Below, in pieces: positions 46,701-53,314 of a stretch of 53,314 nt of DNA (position 1 is the first letter of the stretch; each line of letters starts with the position of its first letter). Under the pieces are notes generated by a model. It did not search any database, was not told the DNA's origin, and saw nothing but the letters and a program-made list of their open reading frames with translations. The translations under genes were made by a program, and so were the position numbers. Source of the DNA: a virus (lineage: Duplodnaviria; Caudoviricetes); the IMG/VR virus record IMGVR_UViG_3300033148_005268, positions 1-53,314 of that record; one strand, written 5' to 3'.

Positions 46701-49379
46701 CTAAAGGAAGCCAAGTCGTTCGCACAAGCGGAGATTCGGGGCGAGGCCAAGCCTGACGGATTCGTTGTCTTCCGTGGTCCGAACAATTCGTTCGAGTATA
46801 AGATCCCAAGCTCAAGATGGCATCTGAGGGAGTTTGCTAGAAGGATCGCAAAAACGCGCGGGGTAAGATTTGAAAGCAAGGCAGGAGTAGCCGCCCCTGC
46901 TGCGGTCGATGAATCCGCAAAAGCCAAGAAGGGTCTCGCTGATACACTGAAACGTATCATCAAGGAAGAAAAGGGCGCAATTGACATAAAGCCTCTTGTT
47001 AATAAGGTGAAAGCCGTCCGCGTTGCGGAAAAAGGCGAGCCCTACCAGGAGATCGAAGAAGCTGCCAAGAAAGGCGACACCGACAAAACAAGACGCGCCA
47101 TACGCAAGCTACACGAAGATTTTTTGACTCCTATTGAAGGCAGTGCGCTTGATAAGGCGGCCGTTGCCTATTTGAAAAGCGAGAAGTTGAGTGATTACCT
47201 TGCGGCAATGCCGAACCTGGGCGAAATATCCCCAAAAGAGCTGTTCAGGTATGATCCGAAGGCAAAAAAGCATATAGCGCAGTATCTTACAAGGGACGGG
47301 AACCTAAAGCCTGCGCTGAGGAAGTCCGGGTTTTTTGCGATCAAGCGGTTTGATGATGCAATCAAAAATTATAAGGACATCTCAAAGACCCTTGCCGCAA
47401 CGTCTGACCCAGTCAGGATGATGCAAGCAATAGACCAGGGCAGGTGGGGCGGTGTTGTGCAGCGGTATATAGGTTGGCCAACACACATGACGGAGCTTGC
47501 GAAGCTAAGATGGGCTGACATTCAGAAAGCGCGTCTTGCAAGTATTGTTGATAAGTACGAAATAAGGTCTAAGAAGAAAAGAAACGCAGTCGGCGATATT
47601 ATTGAGCATGTTAGTGGTAATGACGCTTGGAACTGGAAGGTTGAAAAAATACTCAACATTCCTGCAGTAAAATTATACCTATCGCAGTTCAAGATCGGCG
47701 ATCAAATAAAAATTGTTAAGGCGGCGATGGAATTCCGTAGAATGTTTCAGAACTTGCTCGATAACCAGAATGCTGCACGGAAGCCTAGAAAGCAGCGCAT
47801 AATACCATACCGGGCTTTTTATAGGCCATGGATTATGGAAGCGAACTTGTGGTCAAGAGTATTTGGCTTAAAGGTTCGTCCTAAAGAGATCATGGAACGG
47901 GCGGAAGCTCCTGACTTCATATTCCCGAATCGTCCATGGAACCCGCGAGCCGAGGCAAGAAGCGGACTGTTAGAGAAGTATGAGAAGGAACGCGATATTG
48001 TAAGCCTGATGTCTGGGTATATTGAAACGGCCGCGCGGGATATATTCGACACAAACATCGTTCACAACAACAAAATTTATTCGGCGGTATTGCGCGGCAG
48101 AGGGCTTGAGCACGCCGCGAATGGTATCGATAGCTGGACTGCTGAATCGTTTGCTGGCGTGAAGCCGCGATTATCAAGGTTTTTTGCTGAAACCGTTCCT
48201 GTTCCTGTAAGGGCGGGGTTGAAAAAGCTAAGAAGCGGTGTAACGAAGGCAGCGTTCCCGCTTAACTGGCCTTGGAACCTGTTTGTTCAAACATCGTCTG
48301 CCGGGCTTACTTATACAAGATACGGCGAAGCGCCGACCCTGGCTGGCCTTCAGTACTTTTATAATATGCCCATGCGTCAAGCAATAAAACAAAACGCATA
48401 CAGCCTGATCCTTAAAAGCCGGTGGGGCGGTAAGGCAGCATACCAGGATCTTCAAAACTCTATCCTGCGGAACAAGCGCCTTGATACCAAGCCGATTGAA
48501 AAGATCGAGGACTACGCGAACTTTCTCACGTCTGCTGTCGAGGACGCACTTACGGGCCATGCGGTTTCAGCGGCATACCATTACGGCAAAAACAAGCTGG
48601 GGCTTAAGGGCCGTGAGCTTTGGCAGTTTGCTTCAGAAGGCGGCGCAAAGACCCAGTCCATGTATAACTATTCAGGGCTCCCGGGAGTGTTAAGAAATAG
48701 AGAGACCGGGCAAATTTTTTGGTTCTCAACGTTTTCGTTTGATGTGTTCAATACTCTACGAGAAATGAACCTTCCGGTGCTTAGGAAGGTGATCGGCAGA
48801 ACCGGGCTATATGAGACAATGACGGCTGATTCCGTTGGAGGGAAGGCGCTGTTATCGAATCGCCTAAAGATGTTGGCCCGGTGGGCGGCGGCCATTATAG
48901 TTACAAATGCTGTTGCAGAGAAAGTGATTGGTCGCAAGCCGTGGATGCCGTCGTCTTTTCTCCCGTTGCTTGGGTCGTACTTGTTTGGCGGGTATAGCGG
49001 GCTTGGTAGACCACTCGGCCCAAAACAATATATTGATGATCTTAGGATTGGGATCAGGCATCTAATAAAGTACGGCAATTTTAAGAAATTGCGCAAGTGG
49101 CTGGTGCGGTATCATGTGCTTGGAGGCGTACAGCTAAACAGAACAATAGGCGGCATCGAGGCTGTTGCAAAAGGCGAGGTTAGGGATGTTAGGGGGCGAC
49201 GGCTTTATAGAGTAAAAGGCACTGGCGAGCAGGTAAAGGCTATTACGATGGGACCTTCTAAGACCGAGGCTGCCAGAAAGCATTATGAAAAGAAAAATAA
49301 GAATAAAGGAATTTTGGGCGCGATTGTCTCTGGTCGACGAAGAACCGGAAACCGTGGCATTGCACAAATGACGAGATAG
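43800..49379 (+). CDS. Giant internal virion / ejection protein (1859 aa)
   Basis: Gly/Ala-rich N-terminus, Pro/Glu/Lys linkers, basic helical C-terminus; position typical of the largest podoviral ejection protein. Confidence 0.65.
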   Translation: MRELILNVPQEESSTQTAVRLRTLDLVGTAPQPTPEPVVDKPPPGIYQEEPKYSLAEKALKAIGIPIAREEGISEAAKAKALVEYMAGQEGVPISEYREAPGPMEQVAEGFVSGASGGIYPAVRRAVTGEEAFSPTTTAEKITRGVGELGGFVFGPAKFAESIIGRAIPGLAKVAPKVADKKKIRLLKAMAREAAVLAPATGISQTGEAISKQTWGEATTELAKGTLSGAVTGAIFGASRGLFPKTVEDRAKRIIAGLIGLNARRAVMGQGFPTDMPLEDVVFDTAMDVFFLWGGLGSEGLKKAENAIKKGKLPSFSEKQQQRIAEAWNQHLKEYGKSRAKEILRKRAEKKAFERTPEWRQQQIEKEFAGEERKPPTKEEIAAARQRYGLRGAETERPYPYERLREAVVPVERAGIVPVKDMGYGEKIPEAEIAPAGLLEAPKDIGEGFVLRPKTILKKDVYQEKAPFRAITETKEPIIEYKDIRPKSGKPYKTKGAAMMALRTRKDIPEGYSPVKVFGGWVLRKPSVIPERLQVEPKAPEERAVQEEALEVVEAAPEKPEAVVPAKEAPSPEKPEPTSEIKTAASRMREAGGEDFPLNVPPESKELDEYEKAYKNEAKEVIEEYKNRVGSDRVIVLTDKEGKRGAIIAPSTKEGNFQATYWDKRGFSNDTQHDTKEEAVKEVFNSFQYPNPEAFKRISKEPEFVDGILAAEKAQKEHMKRMAETAKKPSKEPTLKTAAEKNYREVLDLIKKGNNRFADDLVSYGRLADKPDKEMAADLLRAGIPVEDVDGSLGKPISRRIIEEHKGEKWADDALEKLEGTEGKPTPAEKQQQAGPSPKEKAKPTQPPPAEQQEEARPGLQEPKPTETPKEKKAGREKPKQPAPKQTWDVKGSKKAFQMVIARAVEKAPKPTGEDVEAEFSKPYSYSGTRAIDVRGGDRRLKLERDRYNKTWAVYDEGGKRLIGGLALKEAKSFAQAEIRGEAKPDGFVVFRGPNNSFEYKIPSSRWHLREFARRIAKTRGVRFESKAGVAAPAAVDESAKAKKGLADTLKRIIKEEKGAIDIKPLVNKVKAVRVAEKGEPYQEIEEAAKKGDTDKTRRAIRKLHEDFLTPIEGSALDKAAVAYLKSEKLSDYLAAMPNLGEISPKELFRYDPKAKKHIAQYLTRDGNLKPALRKSGFFAIKRFDDAIKNYKDISKTLAATSDPVRMMQAIDQGRWGGVVQRYIGWPTHMTELAKLRWADIQKARLASIVDKYEIRSKKKRNAVGDIIEHVSGNDAWNWKVEKILNIPAVKLYLSQFKIGDQIKIVKAAMEFRRMFQNLLDNQNAARKPRKQRIIPYRAFYRPWIMEANLWSRVFGLKVRPKEIMERAEAPDFIFPNRPWNPRAEARSGLLEKYEKERDIVSLMSGYIETAARDIFDTNIVHNNKIYSAVLRGRGLEHAANGIDSWTAESFAGVKPRLSRFFAETVPVPVRAGLKKLRSGVTKAAFPLNWPWNLFVQTSSAGLTYTRYGEAPTLAGLQYFYNMPMRQAIKQNAYSLILKSRWGGKAAYQDLQNSILRNKRLDTKPIEKIEDYANFLTSAVEDALTGHAVSAAYHYGKNKLGLKGRELWQFASEGGAKTQSMYNYSGLPGVLRNRETGQIFWFSTFSFDVFNTLREMNLPVLRKVIGRTGLYETMTADSVGGKALLSNRLKMLARWAAAIIVTNAVAEKVIGRKPWMPSSFLPLLGSYLFGGYSGLGRPLGPKQYIDDLRIGIRHLIKYGNFKKLRKWLVRYHVLGGVQLNRTIGGIEAVAKGEVRDVRGRRLYRVKGTGEQVKAITMGPSKTEAARKHYEKKNKNKGILGAIVSGRRRTGNRGIAQMTR

Positions 49380-49392
49380 GAGAAAATATAAT

Positions 49393-50433
49393 ATGGCAAC
49401 CAAAGTATACGCAGCAACAGCATTAACCGGTGGCGGCTCTGGCGCTCTTGATGCGATAGATGGAACGAACCTGGCTGACGGCGATTGCGCTGTTGTTTTT
49501 GTGGCGCTCGGGCAGGTGTATTTTTACACGCTTGATGATGATTCTGGTGCTGCGGAAAGTTCTCCGGCAATTATTTCGCCAGACTCAAACGCTGGCTCAA
49601 AAAGGTGGATCTTAAGCGGGCTCAATGTCGGCGGCAAGAAGGTTGTCCTGGATCTGGACGGCGATACATCCATAACGGCAGATACGGACGATCAGTTGGA
49701 TTTTGAGTGTGCCGGGGCTGATCAGATTACGCTTGTTGACGGCAAGCTCTACCCTGCAACCGATGACGACATAGACCTTGGCGATGCAACCCACGAGTTC
49801 AAGGACCTCTACGTTGACGGCGTAGCGCATATTGATGAGCTCCAGGCCGACGCGCTGGGGGCAAACCTGAACTGCGCCAACTATAACATGACCAATGTTG
49901 ATATAGACAGCGGGGCCATAGATGGCGTTACGATCGGGGCTTCTTCGGCGCCGGCTATAACCGACTGTGATATGAACGGCGGGACAATAGACGGCGTTAC
50001 TTTTGGCGGAGCATCAAATAACACCTATTCGGATCTATGCCCAGCCGGGACAAAGGCCATCTTTTATCAAGACTCTGCCCCGGACGGATGGACGATCCAA
50101 GATACACTTGATGATAAGTTAGTATTCATCACGAAAGGGTCTGCGGCTGGTGGAGAACCAGGGGGGCAAGCTCATTCATCTGGAAGTTGGACACATCTAC
50201 ACGAATGGGTAGAAGGGGAGGCCTCCGGTTCCGACGACTCTACTTGGAATAGTAGTGGAGCAAAGATCGCTCTACCCACTCACTCTAAAGGGGTAGGAGA
50301 TTCTTGGATTGAAGTCAAGGCTGGTAGCACCTCAACTGCTTTAACTACCAGTTATACAAATGGGGCGGTAGATACTTCTGGCAACTCGTGGAGACCTGCT
50401 GCTTACAACTGTATAATTGCGACGAAAGACTAG
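49393..50433 (+). CDS. Tail fibre protein
   Basis: ALTGGGSGALDAID..SPAIISPD..KRW; IDGVTIG repeats; FYQDSAPDGWT..WRPAAYNCIIATKD. Confidence 0.75.
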   Translation: MATKVYAATALTGGGSGALDAIDGTNLADGDCAVVFVALGQVYFYTLDDDSGAAESSPAIISPDSNAGSKRWILSGLNVGGKKVVLDLDGDTSITADTDDQLDFECAGADQITLVDGKLYPATDDDIDLGDATHEFKDLYVDGVAHIDELQADALGANLNCANYNMTNVDIDSGAIDGVTIGASSAPAITDCDMNGGTIDGVTFGGASNNTYSDLCPAGTKAIFYQDSAPDGWTIQDTLDDKLVFITKGSAAGGEPGGQAHSSGSWTHLHEWVEGEASGSDDSTWNSSGAKIALPTHSKGVGDSWIEVKAGSTSTALTTSYTNGAVDTSGNSWRPAAYNCIIATKD

Positions 50434-50437
50434 AGAG

Positions 50438-50797
50438 ATGCAGAACACATGCAAGCATAAAGACTGTGAGCTATGGGAACTGTACGAAACAAAGTGCCCG
50501 AATTATATAGTTTCGCACTGGAAGGACGAGAAGTCGTCAGAAGAAAGGCGCATTGAGGACTGTGCGCCGATCAGGACGATGCTGATGGTTCAGGAGCTGT
50601 ATAATCGCTTAATAGGGGTCCAAAGCTCATTGGAATCGGCAAGGGGTGTCGTGCGTGGCGCAGCGGCTCAAATATGTAGTGCTATTATTTCAAAGGATAA
50701 TCATGCCGAGCTGGTTTCTGCGCAGCCGGACAAATATATAGACGCGGGTAATGAAGGAATGGCCAGGCAGTCACTGGATTACAAAAAGGCGGGATAA
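50438..50797 (+). CDS. Cys-rich protein following the tail fibre (assembly factor-like)
   Basis: CKHKDC..CPNY..EDCAP..VQSSLESAR. Confidence 0.55.
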   Translation: MQNTCKHKDCELWELYETKCPNYIVSHWKDEKSSEERRIEDCAPIRTMLMVQELYNRLIGVQSSLESARGVVRGAAAQICSAIISKDNHAELVSAQPDKYIDAGNEGMARQSLDYKKAG

Positions 50798-50799
50798 TT

Positions 50800-51036
50800 A
50801 TGGCGATAGCATACAAGTGCGATATTTCAGGAGAGTATATAGACGAGCCCAAGAACGGCTTTATCCGGTCCGGTGTGCCTATAACCATTGAACACAACGG
50901 CAAGACGATAACCCTGACCGCAGACATAAAGGTTGTGTTTCAGGTGCCCGGAGCAGAAACGAACCAGTTTTCAAGGGCAATAAACAACAAAATAAAGCGG
51001 GCCATGTTTCAGGAGATTCTAAATTCAACACCGTAA
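50800..51036 (+). CDS. Hypothetical protein
   Basis: 78 aa; YKCDISG. Confidence 0.5.
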   Translation: MAIAYKCDISGEYIDEPKNGFIRSGVPITIEHNGKTITLTADIKVVFQVPGAETNQFSRAINNKIKRAMFQEILNSTP

Positions 51037-51056
51037 GCACAGGGAGGGATGGGCGC

Positions 51057-51557
51057 ATGATAAGGGATGTTGCGAAAAAACTTTTAGTAGCGGGTGCCAT
51101 TCTACTTGCAGTGCCAACCATGGCGCTTGCCACGATAACTGTATCAGGGCCGTACATGGGCTATATGCAGGATTCCCAGGGGCGTATTATCGCCAACGAT
51201 TCTTACGCCTACGTCCGGTGGGATTGGAGCACCGGCGCGGCTGAGACTGCGGCGAGCGACAGCAACCAAACTGCCGTGATCACCGGAAGAATCGTAGGCG
51301 TAAAGGCGGTTGAGGGCAGCATTGACACTGCCTATACCATCAAGCTGCTGGATAGTGCGGGCCGTGATGTGCTTCAGGGTCTTTTCTCTGACACTGAAGC
51401 CAGCGCAACCGCAACAGCGGACAGCCACTACAGGGTGCCCGTTGACGATACAAGCGGTGGTCCGATCGTTCTAATAAACGAAACCGTCTATGGCGATATT
51501 TCAAGTGCCGGTAATAGCAACAGTGGTTATTTCATTGTAATCATTAAAGTAAAATAG
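51057..51557 (+). CDS. Signal-peptide-bearing beta protein in tail module
   Basis: MIRDVAKKLLVAGAILLAVPTMALA. Confidence 0.6.
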   Translation: MIRDVAKKLLVAGAILLAVPTMALATITVSGPYMGYMQDSQGRIIANDSYAYVRWDWSTGAAETAASDSNQTAVITGRIVGVKAVEGSIDTAYTIKLLDSAGRDVLQGLFSDTEASATATADSHYRVPVDDTSGGPIVLINETVYGDISSAGNSNSGYFIVIIKVK

Positions 51558-51569
51558 CGGGCAAGACCA

Positions 51570-51920
51570 ATGCCGGTTGAAAAAGTCATAAGCTATACAA
51601 ATCAGTCGAATAAGACGGCGCTATCGCGCGCCGTAACCGCCCTGGATTCGTCAGCGCAGGTTATGAGGGTTGTGCTGATGAACCCCAGCACGCAGGCACT
51701 GCTTACTGAAGAAGCGAACTATCCGAGGATGAAAGTGTTCAACTACGGATCTGGCAGAATCAAGTATATCTGTAAAAACACTAACATTGACGCAAATGAG
51801 ACAGATACGGATTGGCTTATCTGGAAGTTTACGGATTCTGATGAGTTTGATAGGGAGGGGCCGCGATCTGGAGCTGTAAATACAGAAGCGGTTATTGATG
51901 GTCTGTCATGGAATATTTGA
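51570..51920 (+). CDS. Hypothetical tail-module protein
   Basis: IKYICKN...TDTDWLIWKF. Confidence 0.55.
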   Translation: MPVEKVISYTNQSNKTALSRAVTALDSSAQVMRVVLMNPSTQALLTEEANYPRMKVFNYGSGRIKYICKNTNIDANETDTDWLIWKFTDSDEFDREGPRSGAVNTEAVIDGLSWNI

Positions 51921-51958
51921 TCAGAATGTCCAAGCGCAACCGAGGCAGGAGAGGCTAG

Positions 51959-53314
51959 ATGACGGTCTCGCGCGAGATCCTAAACGCTGTTAATTTCCAG
52001 CCGTCTGCGGACTGGACGATCCCGGATGCGCTGAATAATCTTGTCTATGAGTCATTCGATTCTGATGACTACGATGATTGCAAGAAAGGCAGCATCACGT
52101 TTTCGCAGCAAGGATCACCATCTCCAAACACTGCATCTGATCACACCTACCATGGTGATTATGTTTGCCTGTGCAATAATTCTGCTGCGGAGTTCGTAAA
52201 GTGGGACTTCACGGCTAGGACCCCCCGATGCTACAAGGTCCGGTTGCGTTTCTACCTGAAGATTCCGGCGGCAGCAAACTGGCCAAATAGACGCATCTGC
52301 TCCTTGCAGTACTACTACGCTGGCAACAAAAATGCCTTTGAGATCGCAGGAACAACTACAGCAGGCGAGCTGAAATTCAAGTGGGCAACAGGCGCGAGCA
52401 CTTTTGAGAACACCAAGTATACTATTTCATACGATACTTGGTATAGATGTGAACTTGTGATCTATAACGACACCTCATCAGCAAGCGGCACGGTGTATTT
52501 TTATACTTCTACTGGGTCAACCGAGTTGCTCACAGGGTCTGGTTATAGTGCAACGAACCTAAACGCTTCTTTGAGCAACGTTACATACGCTGAATATTTA
52601 GGAATATTGAAGTTAGGGTTGCTTGACACTGGCGATTCAGACGATCAAATTTACCTTGACGACATCTGTGTCCGCGATGCTACGAACGACTACGACGCCA
52701 CAATAGGCGATTGGAACACAAATGCGGGTACGCATATGACTGACCGCATAGGTGTTGGGTCTGGCACGACAGAGGCCTTTGCGACGACGAGTGCTTCACA
52801 AGACCTGGAGTTTGTGTTCGAAAAGCCGAGCATCACAGACCCACTTGCTGTGCGGCTTTGGGTTTACGGGCAGGCGAGCACGGCAAACTCAAACCGTTGT
52901 GTCAACCTCTGCCGTTGGGTGTCTGGGGCAAGTTACGGTTGGGGTAAGGTCCAGTTGCGTGACAGTTACGAGTACCACCACGTGCTCTGGGAGCATGAGC
53001 CAGGAACGACAGAGGACGTTGCCTGGACGCAAGCAAAGCTAGAAACGTTGACTGCCGGAGTGCAGTCATCAGGATCAAACGAAAGCGAGAACCCAGGCGG
53101 CTATATTGCTGAGTGCTATGCGGAGGTTATAAAGGGCAATAGCGATGATGGGCACATGACTCACGGGCCTATCGTGTGGGCGCTTTCTACGACGCAAGCC
53201 AGGGTGAAGTTTCGTGTAAGTGGCGAGTTCGGCACAAAGATCATATACGGTACGAACCAGGCCAATGTCCGGGCCGGAAGCGGTGGCGATACCGCTACAA
53301 CATCTGAGGTCCGG
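51959..53314 (+). CDS. 5' part of origin-spanning 1363-aa protein (ConA-like domain, then start of the PhoD-type N-domain)
   Basis: Absent from the ORF track. I translated ATG 51959 to the window end with no stop (MTVSREIL...THGPIVWALSTTQARVKFRV); it joins ORF 4..2850 in frame; GGAGAGG RBS. Confidence 0.85.
   Translation, partial: MTVSREILNAVNFQPSADWTIPDALNNLVYESFDSDDYDDCKKGSITFSQQGSPSPNTASDHTYHGDYVCLCNNSAAEFVKWDFTARTPRCYKVRLRFYLKIPAAANWPNRRICSLQYYYAGNKNAFEIAGTTTAGELKFKWATGASTFENTKYTISYDTWYRCELVIYNDTSSASGTVYFYTSTGSTELLTGSGYSATNLNASLSNVTYAEYLGILKLGLLDTGDSDDQIYLDDICVRDATNDYDATIGDWNTNAGTHMTDRIGVGSGTTEAFATTSASQDLEFVFEKPSITDPLAVRLWVYGQASTANSNRCVNLCRWVSGASYGWGKVQLRDSYEYHHVLWEHEPGTTEDVAWTQAKLETLTAGVQSSGSNESENPGGYIAECYAEVIKGNSDDGHMTHGPIVWALSTTQARVKFRVSGEFGTKIIYGTNQANVRAGSGGDTATTSEVR
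53201..53314. repeat. Terminal direct repeat, copy of 1-114
   Basis: Exact match. Confidence 0.97.

Noticed and set aside
28526-49570. Numerous minus-strand ORFs in the late region (e.g. 34072-34656, 37048-37773, 44156-44734)
   Set aside because: Antisense shadows of well-supported structural genes, with no motifs or RBS

Overview
The window is an apparently complete, circularly assembled ~53.2 kb tailed-phage genome: bases 53201-53314 repeat 1-114 exactly. It has a podovirus-like late module (TerS, TerL, P22-like portal, scaffold, N4-gp56/DUF4043-like major capsid protein, adaptor, nozzle, ejection proteins, tail fibre and very large appendage proteins), a lysis cluster, a leftward early operon with RecE/RecT, and a rightward Cro-like/initiator/DnaB-like replication operon. 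No integrase or CI-like repressor was recognised. A lipoprotein, a beta-barrel OMP, a sigma54 promoter and a dockerin-like motif suggest a diderm host, possibly Desulfobacterota (inference). The most striking feature is an RNA cassette at 19575-19920 on the minus strand, directly downstream of an uncharacterised 248-aa gene. It contains five period-6 NNNAGY repeats, a circularly permuted tRNA mimic on a long stem (YrlA/Y-RNA-like architecture, with no Ro60 recognised in the genome), and a second tRNA whose anticodon loop is zipped into a GCAA tetraloop. Also notable are an origin-spanning 1363-aa PhoD-like metallophosphoesterase in the tail module whose amber stop appears to split a domain, and a sigma54-driven accessory operon with a possible ring-nuclease-like gene. 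All family calls come from motif recognition by eye; no searches were run.
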